Of a stretch of 43,938 nucleotides of DNA, positions 21,778 to 35,459 are shown piece after piece; positions within the stretch are counted from its first letter, which is position 1, and every line of letters starts with the position of its first letter. A program made the translations under genes and the position numbers. This DNA is from Octopus bimaculoides. Taxonomy: Eukaryota. The DNA lies in the NCBI RefSeq assembly GCF_001194135.2, contig NC_068981.1, positions 183,154,280 to 183,198,217 of the forward strand, in the 5' to 3' direction. The notes beneath the pieces were generated by a model. It worked only from the letters and a program-made list of their open reading frames with translations. It was not told where the DNA came from and made no database searches.

Positions 21778-22544
21778 TATATATATATGTGTGTGTGTGT
21801 GTGTGTGCGCGCGTGCGCGCACACACACACACATGATGAACAAACGATTCATTTTAACCCAGGGTCGAATAACAATCAAGTCACCTGTCTTTCCAGGGAC
21901 CTCTGATGCCTCTCCTCTTTGACTGATACGCATCTCGATTTATAGTCAAGTTTTGGCGGGAATTATTCGGAAATTTCCACTCCAGATCGTACGATCGAAA
22001 GATCGTAGATGAAATATCATTGGCTGACAGTTAAGCCGACATCCTAACGACTCAGTCAATTCCCCGATTTGCTTTCATATACACTCAACGAAAAGTCCCG
22101 CAGTTGATGTAATCTTTGTCCATTACGCTACTTCGGCTTTGGAGTGGTAAGGGTGTTGAACTCATGATCGTAAGATTGTGGTTTCGATTCCTGGACCAGG
22201 CGACGCGTTTTGTTCTTGAGCAAAACACTTCATTTCACGTTGCTCCAGTCCACTCAGCTGGCAAAAACTAGCATCCCTGCGACGGACCGGCATCCAGTCT
22301 AGGTGGGGAATATATATGCAATGTTCCGAGAAGGAAATGATGTGTTGGAGAAGCTGTAGTCTATTGAAATGAGTATAGTAAATATTTCCTGCAGACCCAT
22401 GGTGGGATAAAAAGCAATGTCGAAGCTGAATGGCAGGATTTGATATCAGTCATTAATTATTGCTCAGAAAGCTACCATCTCTGCCACCTTTACACACCTA
22501 AAAGTAGAACCATAATAAATTGTATTAAAGGGATAGTAATAATA

Positions 22545-23388
22545 ACGGCTTCAAATTTTGCCACAAGGGCAGCAATATTGGGGGAGGGTATGAGTCGATT
22601 ACATCGACCTCGGAGTTCAACTGGTCCTTATTTTATCGACCCCCTAAAGGATGAAAGGTAAAGTCGATCTCGGTAGAATTTAAACTCACAACGTAGCGAT
22701 GGGCGAAATACCGCTAAGCATTTCGTCCAGCGTGCTAACGGTTCTGCTAGCTCGCTGCCTTAGTGATAATGATAATAATCCTTTCTACTAAAAGCACAAG
22801 GCCTGAAATTTTAAGGGAGGGACCAGTTCGATTACATCGACCCCAGTGCGTAGCTGGTACTAATTTATCGACCCCCACGAAAGGATGAAAGGCAAATTCG
22901 ACTCCGTCGGCATTTGAACTCAGAACACGAAGACAGACGAAATACCGCTTAGCACTTTGCCCGGCATGCCAACGATTCTGTCGGCTCGCCGCCCTAATAA
23001 TGATGATGATGATGATAATAATAATAATAATAATGGTTTCAAATTTTTGACGAAAGGCCAGTAATTTTAGGGAATGTGTGCTGCATAGTTATATATTTTG
23101 TGATTTACGTTTGCCTGCTTCCGAAATAACTAAGGATTGAAGTCAAGGTTTTATATTATATATATTTAAGAGGATTCTTTCTTCATTTTTCTCCTCTAGG
23201 CACAAGGCCCGAAATTTGGGGGGAGGGGGCCAGTCGATTAGATCGACCCAGTACGCAACTGGTACTTAATTTATCGACTCCGAAAGGATAAAAGGCAAAG
23301 TCGACCTCGGCGGAATTTGAACTCAGAACATAAAGACAGACGAAATATCGCAAAGCATTTCGTCCGTCGTGCTAACGTTTCTGCCAGA
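22545..23388 (-). mobile_element. Three SINE family A copies (22545-22763, 22780-22994, 23200-23388)
   Basis: Reverse-strand matches to head, core and tail. CpGs largely retained. Confidence 0.8.
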
Positions 23389-23667
23389 GGATTGACGAAC
23401 TTCGTTGATTAGTTATTATTAGTCGTGTCTATGCAACCTCCTACCAGAAGCAAATCAATTCTATAAACGTTTCCCCAGCGTAGCTTAGCAAACAAGCTTG
23501 TAATGTACTGTAGAAAAAACGGTGCTTCTCTAGTGTGCAGTCTACCGCAGTATCCGTAGTTAACACTGTCAAATGATCAGATCTGGGTTAGGAATCAGAG
23601 TTAGATTGCGCGCGAAAGTGTAAATGACCAGATAGAACGCACTTTAAAGGAACACCGAACAAATATA

Positions 23668-24020
23668 TATCTTTCACTTGTTTCAGTCTGTGGCCATGCT
23701 GGGGCATCGCCTTAAAGACTCTTAGTTGAAACAATCGACCCTAGTACTTACTTTTTCTCCTTTTTAAGCCTGGTGCTTATTCTATCGGTGTTCTTTTGTC
23801 GAACCGCTAGTTTGAGGACGTAGACACACCAATACCGGTTGTCTAGCTGTGGTGATGTCCACACATACACACACACTCAATGAGTTTCTTTCCGTGTCCG
23901 ATTACCAAATTCACTCACAAAGCTTTGGTCGGCCCGAGGCTTCAGCAGAAGGTACTTACCCAAGGTGTCTCGCAGTGGGACTGAACACGGAACCGTGTGA
24001 CTGGGAGGCAAACTTCTTAC
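23668..24020 (-). mobile_element. SINE family B copy with a short internal (CA) tract
   Basis: Same bipartite organisation as 2612-3060. Confidence 0.75.
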
Positions 24021-24205
24021 TATCTATAACGATTATAAATGATACTCTCTAATACCATATGTTCTTCGACAGAAAAAGGAAGGAACAGTTGTATGTATCT
24101 TTTGACTCTCGATGGAATCTTCTTTAACTATCGATTAACACTAATCCTAAATCCACTAATTTTAGGAAAGTAAACTAGATAAACCAATTTGCATATTTAG
24201 TATTT

Positions 24206-25480
24206 ACTAGCAGAAATACCTGGCTTTGCTCGGGTTAAAGAGAATAATGAAAGCTAAAAACGCCGTCTAGACTACGCAACCCTCAACTGTTAGTAGCTAC
24301 GATACCATATTTCTACATTAATAACTCTCCAATCCATGCCAGCATGGAACATAGGCATTAAGTGGAATGCCAGTCTCTCATCCAGGAGGGCCTTGAAATC
24401 AATGTTACCAACTGGGGACTATGTGTGTCGTAGTGATAATAAAAAGACCCAAAGGAGGTCTGCAACGNNNNNNNNNNNNNNNNNNNNNNNNNNNNNNNNN
24501 NNNNNNNNNNNNNNNNNNNNNNNNNNNNNNNNNNNNNNNNNNNNNNNNNNNNNNNNNNNNNNNNNNNNNNNNNNNNNNNNNNNNNNNNNNNNNNNNNNNN
24601 NNNNNNNNNNNNNNNNNNNNNNNNNNNNNNNNNNNNNNNNNNNNNNNNNNNNNNNNNNNNNNNNNNNNNNNNNNNNNNNNNNNNNNNNNNNNNNNNNNNN
24701 NNNNNNNNNNNNNNNNNNNNNNNNNNNNNNNNNNNNNNNNNNNNNNNNNNNNNNNNNNNNNNNNNNNNNNNNNNNNNNNNNNNNNNNNNNNNNNNNNNNN
24801 NNNNNNNNNNNNNNNNNNNNNNNNNNNNNNNNNNNNNNNNNNNNNNNNNNNNNNNNNNNNNNNNNNNNNNNNNNNNNNNNNNNNNNNNNNNNNNNNNNNN
24901 NNNNNNNNNNNNNNNNNNNNNNNNNNNNNNNNNNNNNNNNNNNNNNNNNNNNNNNNNNNNNNNNNNNNNNNNNNNNNNNNNNNNNNNNNNNNNNNNNNNN
25001 NNNNNNNNNNNNNNNNNNNNNNNNNNNNNNNNNNNNNNNNNNNNNNNNNNNNNNNNNNNNNNNNNNNNNNNNNNNNNNNNNNNNNNNNNNNNNNNNNNNN
25101 NNNNNNNNNNNNNNNNNNNNNNNNNNNNNNNNNNNNNNNNNNNNNNNNNNNNNNNNNNNNNNNNNNNNNNNNNNNNNNNNNNNNNNNNNNNNNNNNNNNN
25201 NNNNNNNNNNNNNNNNNNNNNNNNNNNNNNNNNNNNNNNNNNNNNNNNNNNNNNNNNNNNNNNNNNNNNNNNNNNNNNNNNNNNNNAAATAGTGGAGGAG
25301 ATATTATGTTGCCGTGGGCTCGAACTCCGCAAGAAGTTAATAATTTTTTTTGACTAAAACACAACTGGAACCCTAAGTAAGGCATCTGTAAAATTTGAAT
25401 GAAATTGGTTGCGTAGTTCTCGAGTTTTAGGGATTCACACAGACAGACAGACACACATTCTCATTTTTATATATATAGAT
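24206..25480 (+). mobile_element. Helentron/DINE-1/Lep1-like non-autonomous element spanning an assembly gap
   Basis: Left end ACTAGCAGAAATACCTGGCTTTGCTCGGG. Right part AAATTTGAATGAAATTGGTTGCGTAGTTCTCGAG...ACAGACAGACAGACAC...TTTTATATATATAGAT. These are the usual end signatures of the class. Continuity across the gap is assumed. Confidence 0.5.
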
Positions 25481-28400
25481 TACTGGTAATTTGATATCGG
25501 ATCTTACTGATTTGGCGGACACCACTTGTTTTCTTAACGAAACACTTTCAAACTTGGAACACTGGTAGAATGTATCATATAAAACATCTTTTACTCTTAG
25601 TGTTATTGAGAAAAGTTTAAAGTTTAAAGTTTAAAGTTATTTCGTGTTAAAATTGTCGTGTTAAAATTATCTTTTTGTGGTTAAAGGTGTATCAGTATGT
25701 GTTACGGTGAACAGATGCGATAGGAATGTGGATGCTTTTGAAGTAAACAAATGAATGACATCGATTCATAGTTAAAATAATTTATTCACTGGACGACTTA
25801 ATTTGTCGTTGGTACACATAATTCTTCACTACATGCAAAATGTTGACAACTGCTACGAGTTGCTAGAAATAGAAACGGTACATCCGTGGAGGTGATATGT
25901 TAGAACTGAATATGTTTTGTGTGTGTATGCGTATGCGTGTGTAGTTCAACTGAGAAAGTAGTCTACCGTGAAACTTTGTTCGAACATTTCTCACGGTCTC
26001 TGCAGTCTGCCAAAACCTTCTGTCAGNNNNNNNNNNNNNNNNNNNNNNNNNNNNNNNNNNNNNNNNNNNNNNNNNNNNNNNNNNNNNNNNNNNNNNNNNN
26101 NNNNNNNNNNNNNNNNNNNNNNNNNNNNNNNNNNNNNNNNNNNNNNNNNNNNNNNNNNNNNNNNNNNNNNNNNNNNNNNNNNNNNNNNNNNNNNNNNNNN
26201 NNNNNNNNNNNNNNNNNNNNNNNNNNNNNNNNNNNNNNNNNNNNNNNNNNNNNNNNNNNNNNNNNNNNNNNNNNNNNNNNNNNNNNNNNNNNNNNNNNNN
26301 NNNNNNNNNNNNNNNNNNNNNNNNNNNNNNNNNNNNNNNNNNNNNNNNNNNNNNNNNNNNNNNNNNNNNNNNNNNNNNNNNNNNNNNNNNNNNNNNNNNN
26401 NNNNNNNNNNNNNNNNNNNNNNNNNNNNNNNNNNNNNNNNNNNNNNNNNNNNNNNNNNNNNNNNNNNNNNNNNNNNNNNNNNNNNNNNNNNNNNNNNNNN
26501 NNNNNNNNNNNNNNNNNNNNNNNNNNNNNNNNNNNNNNNNNNNNNNNNNNNNNNNNNNNNNNNNNNNNNNNNNNNNNNNNNNNNNNNNNNNNNNNNNNNN
26601 NNNNNNNNNNNNNNNNNNNNNNNNNNNNNNNNNNNNNNNNNNNNNNNNNNNNNNNNNNNNNNNNNNNNNNNNNNNNNNNNNNNNNNNNNNNNNNNNNNNN
26701 NNNNNNNNNNNNNNNNNNNNNNNNNNNNNNNNNNNNNNNNNNNNNNNNNNNNNNNNNNNNNNNNNNNNNNNNNNNNNNNNNNNNNNNNNNNNNNNNNNNN
26801 NNNNNNNNNNNNNNNNNNNNNNNNNNNNNNNNNNNNNNNNNNNNNNNNNNNNTACGTGTTATTGACTCTTTCTATCTGCTGTAATATTTCACATACACAT
26901 ACATGTATCACTCACATACACACTTTACTTTGTATGACGGCCTGTCTTTGATTATGTTCTTATATGTCGCATTCACACTCTCACACAGACATACATCTTT
27001 AACGCCATAATAAATATCTCTGTTATTCATCTAATACGGTTGTGGTCTTTCATTACTGGTCATCTATGTTATCGTCGCATAACATATCATGTATATCATC
27101 TTTGATATATATATTTGTATGTTCGACCGTGTGACGCGTTTAAATAAAAGGAGTCCTCTGTTTTTCCATTCGTCACCATATCTCCTTTTTTGAGTTCGCA
27201 CGGTCGTCCCTTACACATCTTACACTAAAGTATAATCTTAGCACAGTTAATACAGGATGTCTTGAAACTCCACTAAGAAATGTTAATGCAAGGAGAAAAA
27301 GACAGCATTAGCTCAATGAGTGTATATATTTCTTTAAAATCATTTCGACATGTAGGGGAGACAATTGCGGATATATTTCTTACTTATTAGACCTTCATAG
27401 TGAAAGCTTCTCCATACTTGTTTAAGAAATCTTGAGGGAATCACTAGTAGGCATGAAAAATTAGTATATTAAAAAAATATAGATTGTACGTCAATTACTC
27501 TTAATCGTGGCGTGCTCGGTGAATTCTATGCTTCGTTGAGTAGGTCTCATAAAATAGGAACGTGTCCTAAACTGCTTTCCTTGTACAAAATGAGCAAAAT
27601 AATTTTAGTCATTAAGTTACTGTTGTCTTTCTTTTGCCATTAAGTATTTCCAATTAAATTTATTTTGTTCGTTACATTAAACATATTAGCATTAACTTAA
27701 TTATTGTTTTCCATGCGAATGGCGCCTCTGAGTACCTAAATCCAGTTAATTCAATTCGCCAGTCAAAAAAGAACTGCAATAAAAGGTTATGAACTCTGAT
27801 CCTCGTCTTTAAATAAACGAATAATATCGAAAGCTGTGTCAGATGTAGTTTTTATCTTTGCTAAAAGGAAGAAAAAATAAAAAATAAAAAGAGAAAAAGT
27901 ACATAAAAATGCGAAAAGTATATTAAAAAAATGAAGAAATGGGGGCGGGAGGGAAAGAGGTAACGAAAGTGTCGAGGCAATGTAGTGGTGGTAGTAGTGG
28001 TGATTGTAGGGTGAGAGGATGCTCACACTGTTTTTCGTCTGTATAAAAGACTTTTGTAAATAGTGCTAGGTTACGCTAACCTACTTATCCCCTGCTCCTT
28101 GATGCAAGAAAAACGATAAAAGGTAGACAGGTCTGCCTGCTATACGTATGTGCTCCAATTAATTGCAGTAGACGATGCATCCCAGAACAAATATAATTGG
28201 CTCACTTCGACTGCTGTCCGTAATATGAGAAACAGTCTTAATTTATTATCTACAGATATTAAATGCAACATGACCTAATACGTATATTTTATCGATTATT
28301 AAAATGCCTGGTCAGTTATAGCCGACTTCAGATTTATCTCTTCTCTCGTAAACGTGTGTATGTGTGTATGTATTGTAGCTTTGAGCTATATATATATATA

Positions 28401-28644
28401 TATATATATANNNNNNNNNNNNNNNNNNNNNNNNNNNNNNNNNNNNNNNNNNNNNNNNNNNNNNNNNNNNNNNNNNNGTGCATTGCTTAAATGAGAAGAG
28501 GGACAGTAGCTTCAAGGAAGAACTTCGGTTTACCTGAAGTGGGATATTGGAAGCAGATGTTCACAAAATATAAGAAATATGTCAAATTTAGAATATTGGA
28601 ATTTGACATTAACCAATAAAACGAACCCCTTTTTCCCACCTAAC

Positions 28645-28652
28645 TGACGTCA
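28645..28652. promoter_or_regulatory. Full palindromic CRE (TGACGTCA) about 330 bp upstream of the SART3 ATG
   Basis: Exact 8-mer, with a CCAAT at about 28613. Function is not shown by sequence alone. Confidence 0.4.
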
Positions 28653-28980
28653 ATCAGATATTTTATCCAACACAGTTCTTGGAAGATTCTTTAGAAGACT
28701 AAACTCTAGTTCTATTTTTATTTTTATTTTTTTACATGCCATTTTAATAACTACCAGTATATATATATATATATATATATATATGCATATATATTCTTTT
28801 TCTTTTATTCAATATTTCTATTTTGTTCTATAAAACATTACTATTATTTACAATTGTAGTAATAGTGATAATTAAAGAAAACAATTGGGTAAAAAAAAAA
28901 ATTTTCTTGGCCACCCCAAGTTATCTTTGCTTAGAGAAGTCGCTCTTTAGAAAAAAGGAGGCAGATATTGACGTTTAAAA

Positions 28981-29169
28981 ATGTCGGATAAAGGTGATGT
29001 TGACGAACCGGCGGTGAGTGAAATGTCACCAAGCGAGGACGACAGTTTGATGCTGTGTCAAGAAGACGAAGAAATGGAGCCTGAGGAAGGAGATGACAGT
29101 AGTTCTGAACTGGATTCCGAAGATGACGATGAAGCAGAGAAAGAAAAAATACGTTGTCTAGAAGAGCAA
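28981..29169 (+). CDS. SART3: SART3 (p110/Prp24) coding exon 1, acidic N-terminus
   Basis: AAAATG start. MSDKGDVDE...EKEKIRCLEEQ, then GTAAGT donor (phase 0). Matches the I.RLEEQ|L boundary of SART3 orthologues as I recall them. Confidence 0.9.
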
Positions 29170-31155
29170 GTAAGTAATTTAACAAATCCCTCTTCTTTCT
29201 ATTTCATGTATTTTTATGTTTTTGTTTTACTTTCTTAATTTAAGTGTTTATTATTATTATTACTGTTGTTATCGTAGTGTTATTGAGTTTGGAACGGGGG
29301 TAGATGCCCTAGTTAGTAGATAACCGAACTAAGGAAGATTGCAGTTGTTTTTGTCCCTCTTCAAATTCCAGAAGGCTCGCATTTTCCCTCTTCGTGTTCG
29401 ATTGAATAAATAACTACGAGACATGTTTTAGGAATCGGTTCAGTAGACTCTTTATCAACCTTAGAATTGTGTCATTTTTCTTTAACTTTATCAAAAGAAC
29501 TATTGAATATATATATANNNNNNNNNNNNNNNNNNNNNNNNNNNNNNNNNNNNNNNNNNNNNNNNNNNNNNNNNNNNNNNNNNNNNNNNNNNNNNNNNNN
29601 NNNNNNNNNNNNNNNNNNNNNNNNNNNNNNNNNNNNNNNNNNNNNNNNNNNNNNNNNNNNNNNNNNNNNNNNNNNNNNNNNNNNNNNNNNNNNNNNNNNN
29701 NNNNNNNNNNNNNNNNNNNNNNNNNNNNNNNNNNNNNNNNNNNNNNNNNNNNNNNNNNNNNNNNNNNNNNNNNNNNNNNNNNNNNNNNNNNNNNNNNNNN
29801 NNNNNNNNNNNNNNNNNNNNNNNNNNNNNNNNNNNNNNNNNNNNNNNNNNNNNNNNNNNNNNNNNNNNNNATATGTATATATACACACATATATATATAT
29901 CAGATTACCGTTGCTTTTTATTATTCGTTTTCTGTTCTCCGCCTAGCTATATCTATAGCACAGTTCTCTAACAGTTGACTACATTCTTTTCAGAAATCCT
30001 ACTCTATTTGTTTTCTATAGTTACCCTATACAGACAGGCATCTTTGTTATTGTTGTTATTTTCAAATTTAAAACGGAAGAATAGTTAGCCGCATATTAAT
30101 TACTATGCATTTATATTTTATTTTAAGACATATATATATATATATATATATTTATATTTATAATCATAATATAAAGTAAAACGTGGTGAATATAACGGAA
30201 CGAAAACCCTAAAATTGTTTTAGCTTCTTGTGATAGTTCCTCCTCCATATAGATTTGTCAACATAACATAGAGTTACGTCCCTTATTATTAATGTTTTAT
30301 TATAAATGAAATAAATACAAAAAGCAAGAGAAAGAGTTTTATAATTTTGTGTTACACAAATTTTGAAACTGATGCCAAGTTCTAAGATATTCACGAGCTA
30401 ATCATAACTTTTCCAAAGAAAATGCACTAACTTTTAAAATCAGATGCTAAAATTTCTTGTCTTAAACCAAAATAATTGGATAAATTAAAAACTTCTGAAG
30501 ACTTTTAGTCGAACAATCCGAGCCCAGCACTTTTTTCTTTTTTAAAATCTGGTATTTATTCTACCGTTCCCTTTTGCCCAATCGCTTAGTTATGGGGGAC
30601 AAAAAGAAAAACAGAACCACTAATTGTCAAGTGGTGAAAAATACAAAGACAGCGCGCACGCGCGTATATATAAGCTGGTGAACGACCAGGTTATTAGATG
30701 TTGTTATACTTCGCTGGTCAAAAGGCACATTGCCTTGTTTTAGCTTTCGGATGATGCCACCTTGCTGGTCAGGCGAGCAGGCCAATATTTTCCCTACTGG
30801 TCTGAAGGCTAGTCCATCGCAGGGTGACCCGTTTACAGCTGAGTAGACTGGAGCAACATGTAATGAAGTGTTTTGTTCAAGAACACAATGTGCTGCTTGG
30901 TCCGGGATTCAAACTCATGATCACTCGATTGTGAGGGCAACACCCTAACCACGAGGCCATGTGTCCTCACATGCACGTGTGTGTGTGTCATACAAACTAT
31001 GCCTAATCGGACTGTAACTTAGTGCACAGTTCCAGTCAAACTGTCTAACCCATATCAGCACGGAAAGCAGATGCTAAATGATGATGGATGTATGTACGTG
31101 TGTATGTGTGTGTATATATATATATATATATATGTATATAGATACATACACATAT

Positions 31156-31306
31156 AGGCGTGTGGTAAGTAGCTTGCTTACCAACCACATGGTTCTGGGT
31201 TCAGTCCCACTGCGTGGCATCTTGAGTAAGCGTCTTCTACTATAGCCTCGGGCCAACCAAAGCCTTGTGAGTGGATTTGGTAGACGGAAACTGAAAGAAG
31301 CCCATC

Positions 31307-31343
<37 letters not shown>

Positions 31344-31545
31344 TGTGTCTGTATTTGTCCCCCCAAACGTCGCTTGACAACTGATGCTGCTGTGTTTACG
31401 TCCCCGTAACTTAACGGTTCGGCAAAAGAGACTGATAGAATAAGTACTAGGCCAACAAAGAATAAGTCCTGGGGTCGATTTGCTCAACTAAAGGTGGTGC
31501 TCCAGCATGGCCACAGTCAAAAATGACTGAAACATGTAATAGAGT
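31156..31545 (+). mobile_element. SINE family B full copy with internal (AT)n in SART3 intron 1. Other intronic B copies or parts at 34790-34930, 35661-35800 (+), 36165-36325 (-), 38562-38985 (+), 40330-40720 (-), 40795-40910 (+), 41140-41300 (+)
   Basis: Head, (AT)n at 31307-31340, then tail, as in 2612-3060. Confidence 0.8.
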
Positions 31546-31867
31546 AAGCATCTTCATCAATCAAAAGATGTTTTTTTTTATTTCCAGTCTTATGTGAGAA
31601 ATATGTTTGAGCGTAGAACAACACTACCTTGCTTGAAAACAAGTGAGGATTAACAAGAAGGGTCTCTGGTCGTAAGAAATGGATCAACAAATTCTGCCTG
31701 ACCCATGCAAGCAAGGAAAAGTGGGCGTTAAATGATGATGAGTGTTACCCTATTAATTAATACTGGTTATTGCTCTCTTTTGATAGTAAACAGTAAAGTT
31801 GCTTAGGAACCTCGTTTTGGTGTGAGATCCTTCTTCATATTGTGTTTTTCTTTTTTTTTTGTAACAG

Positions 31868-31994
31868 ATTCTCAGTTACCCTTATACATATGCTCCACAT
31901 CTGGATTTAATCAGAGCACTGAGACAAGCCGGAGAACTAGAGAGGTTGAGAGCAGCGAGACAATACATGAGTGAAATATTTCCTTTAACTGAAG
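31868..31994 (+). CDS. SART3: SART3 coding exon 2
   Basis: Polypyrimidine tract then AG. ILSYPYTYAPHLDLIRALRQAGELERLRAARQYMSEIFPLTE plus 1 nt, GTAAGT donor. The MSEIFPLTE motif is diagnostic. Confidence 0.95.
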
Positions 31995-32184
31995 GTAAGT
32001 CAGATTCCAAATGAGAGAATATGCTGCATGGTACCAAGTAACAAGTGTTGGATGCATGAATCTCGCTCTTTGATTTTCCCACTTTAACTTCTGTGTCTCT
32101 GTCATATGTTCTCCGAGTAGAGTTTATGCAGGATGAGTTTATTGTACTACATTTTTAAATTCTGTGTTCTTTGTTTCATTTCAG

Positions 32185-32286
32185 AATTATGGCTGGAATG
32201 GTTGAAAGATGAAGTATCTCTAGCAACTGAAGACGATCGTGAAAGGATTGAAAAGCTTTTTGATAAAGCTGTTTCTGATTACCTTG
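32185..32286 (+). CDS. SART3: SART3 coding exon 3 (HAT repeat)
   Basis: (E)LWLEWLKDEVSLATEDDRERIEKLFDKAVSDYL plus 1 nt. AG/GT, phase 1 in and out. Confidence 0.95.
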
Positions 32287-34562
32287 GTACTTGTTTTATC
32301 TATATCTCTCTCTTCCTTTACTCAACCATCTCATTTATATTCTGATCCCCGTCTCTTGTGAGTATGCCCGGCACTCTGCCACCATCTCTATCCTGCTGTT
32401 TCCCACTCTCTCTCTCCTGTACTTCCATCAGGTTCAGTAACCATGTATTTCCTTTACAGCAGCACACCTGTTTCTGTCTTCATTCCTGATCTCTCTCTCT
32501 CTGGCCAGGTAACCATGTACTTCTTCTACAAGACACCTGTTTCTGTCTCACTATAGCCTTTCATTGTCTGACACAAGATCACCTCTTCCAATGCACCCTC
32601 CCCTCTCAAAAGTGATTTTTTTTTTTGTCTTACCTGGTGACCCTGTCCACGTAAGTACTTAAAAGTACCCAGTCCACACTGTAAAGTGGTTGGTGTTCAG
32701 AAGGGCATCCAACTGTAAAAACCTTAGAAAAACTGACCTCACCTGTGTTTGTGCCACATAAAGAGCACTAAGTCCCCTCTGCTGAGTGGTTGGTGTTAGG
32801 AAGGGCATCCAGCTGTAAAAATCCTGCGAAAAGAGTTACAGAAATCTGGTGCAGGCTTCTTTTTTGTTGTTGTTGAACTAATAAGAACTCGTGACATTCA
32901 TACTGTTATCAGCAATAATTTTTACAATATTTTGTGAACCACAGCAATAATTTTTACAATGATGTTTTCTGATATAACAGGTCATTGACCTTGTTATATC
33001 AGTGAAATCAAACATTTTATTGGTTGATCTGATGAATTTTAATATTCAAATTTCTCGAACCATCTATTATTCTTAACTCTCTAACATTTACAATTACAAT
33101 GTGCTTGGCTAGATATCTCTTTAGAATCTTCTAATGAAGCTACATAATGAATGGTCAATAGAATGAGTAGTAGTTAAGTACTTGGATTGATCATCATCAT
33201 CGTTTAACGTCCGCTTTCCATGCTAGCATGGGTTGGACATTGATATAATAGTATATTCTTTTCCTCACAAATCTGTGGTCTTTCACCTACATTATGATTA
33301 GTATTAATGGATTAATTGAAAATAGTGTAAAACATTAAAAAGGGAGTCAGCACTGCTGAAAATGTACATTATTGAAGATGATCATTTTTTTTTCTGCCTG
33401 TTTCTTTCCTTTTAAATCAAACCTGTGTTATCCTGTTCTAAATAGATCTACACTATTTCCTTCTGTCTGTCTTACAATATAATACTGTCCTCACATTTGG
33501 GACAGTGTTTCTGCTACACACAGACATCCTAGATCACTTTCAAAGAATGGCCACTTGACTAATTGACATGAAGTCACTCACAACATATCTCAATCCAACC
33601 TTTCATTCACAGAAATGTGCTGTATCTTCTCTGCTCTTTGTAGCTGAAAGGTTTTGTGTTGCCTCTACTCAGTGCTCCCAATTCATCTCTTCTCATCTCC
33701 TTACCCATATTGGTTTTAAATTTTGGAATAAGGTCAGCAAGTTCAGGAGGAGGAAGTAAGTTGGGTACATTGACCCCAGGGCTCAGCCGGTACTTATTTT
33801 ATCAACCCTGGTAGAGGCCTTGGTCTCAGGACCATTCATGTCTAGAAACTGAGTTTGGGGTTAAGCAAGGACATGTTCCCTGTAGAAAATCCAGCTCCAA
33901 AAAAAACTTCATGATAGCAAAGGAGAATGGGCACCAGCCAGCCCAATAGTTGGGGTGGGCTGCACCTGCCTACCTCGGTTGCTATGGCATTTAGGTAGAT
34001 CTGGCCACCCCATTAACAAGGACAAAACCCGAATTTAAGACACACGACGATGATGATGAAAGGATGAAAGACAAAGTTGATCTTGGAATCCAAGCTCAGA
34101 ATGCAAAGGTGCATGGAACACCACTAAGCTTTTTGCCTAGTGTGCTAACAATTTTACCACCTCACCACCTTCTCATTACCTATACTGTGCCCACCACCAC
34201 CCTTCTAGACCCTGCTCTAGTCACTACACCCAGTCCTTCCTCCACGCAATATTGACCTGAAAATTCCTCTCTACACGTTTCTCCTGCTGCTGTAAACTTG
34301 CAAATGTTTAACACAAATATTAACCACATCAATTTTACCTGCTTTAGAGGGTCTACAAAGGCTCCCTTTGGAGCAAGTTGTCCCTTCCTCCAAGCCAAAC
34401 CAGTAAAAGATAAAACCTAGTTTTGCCCCTAAGCATTACCTAGATCTTATTAAAATAATCCTTTCTTAATTCACCATCAATTAAAGTATTTATTTTATGG
34501 TTGTTATTATTGTTTCCTTCTTGACTAATTCTTTTCTGTTACTTTTATTTGCTCATATTTAG

Positions 34563-34747
34563 CTGTTGATGTCTGGCTAGAATATGTCCAGTATGCCATT
34601 GGAGGAATGGGATCACCAAATGGTATTTCTCATGTAAGAGCTATTTTTGATCGAGCTGTCACTGAAGTTGGACTTCATGTTGTGAAAGGTGCCAACATAT
34701 GGGATGCTTACAGAGAGTTTGAAAATGCTATTTTAGCTGGTCTTGAG
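34563..34747 (+). CDS. SART3: SART3 coding exon 4 (HAT repeats)
   Basis: (A)VDVWLEYVQYAIGGMGSPNGISHVRAIFDRAVTEVGLHVVKGANIWDAYREFENAILAGLE, GTATGT donor. Confidence 0.95.
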
Positions 34748-34945
34748 GTATGTCGTTTCACTTATTTAGTTGCTTATTCTTTCATAGATGTGGTTATGTG
34801 GTTAAGAAACTTGCTTCTCGACCTCTTGGTTCTGAGTTCAGTCCCACTGCATGGCACCTTGGGCAAGTGTCTACCTGTATAATACAGGGCTGACTAATGC
34901 TGTGTGAGTGAATTTGATAAATGGAAATTCTTTTCTTTTCTAATC

Positions 34946-35310
34946 TAGGCACAAGGCCTGAAATTTTTGGGGAGTGGGGGGGCAGTCAATTACATTGACC
35001 TCAGTATGCAACTGGTAGTTAATTTATCAATCCCGAAAGGATGAATGGTAAAATCAACCTTGGCAGAATTTGAACTCAGAACGTAAAGACAAACAAAATA
35101 CCGCTAAGCATTTATTTTTTCATTGCCCACAAGGGGCTAAACATAGAGGGGACAAAGAAGGACAGACAAAGTTAAGTCGATTACATCGACCCCGAAAGGA
35201 TGAAAGGCAAAGTCGACCTCGGTGGAGTTTGAACTCAGAACGTAACAGCACACGTAATATCACTAAGCATTTCGCCCGGTGTGCTAACATTTCTGCCAGC
35301 TCACCGCCTT
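34946..35310 (-). mobile_element. Two fused SINE family A units in SART3 intron 4. Further intronic A copies at 33715-33812 (-), 34060-34160 (-), 37486-37684 (+, TSD ATATTG(T/A)TATATTCT), 38725-38946 (+, 17-bp TSD), 39270-39345 (-), 43680-43907 (-)
   Basis: Sequence match to family A. TSDs read at 37471-37485/37685-37699 and 38708-38724/38947-38963. Confidence 0.8.
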
Positions 35311-35459
35311 TACAAAAATGGAAATTGTGAGAAAGTTCATGGTGCTGGTACCAGATGAAAAGCACCCATTACACTCTGTAAAATGATGATGATGATGGAT
35401 ACAGAACTGTGAATGAATGACCATACATCCACTTACAAACACTAGGTTGAGATAAATGA

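Noticed and set aside
25940-27082. Possible solo LTR (TG...CA ends, AATAAA) spanning a gap
   Set aside because: Most of it is N, there is no TSD, and there is no second copy in the window to confirm it.
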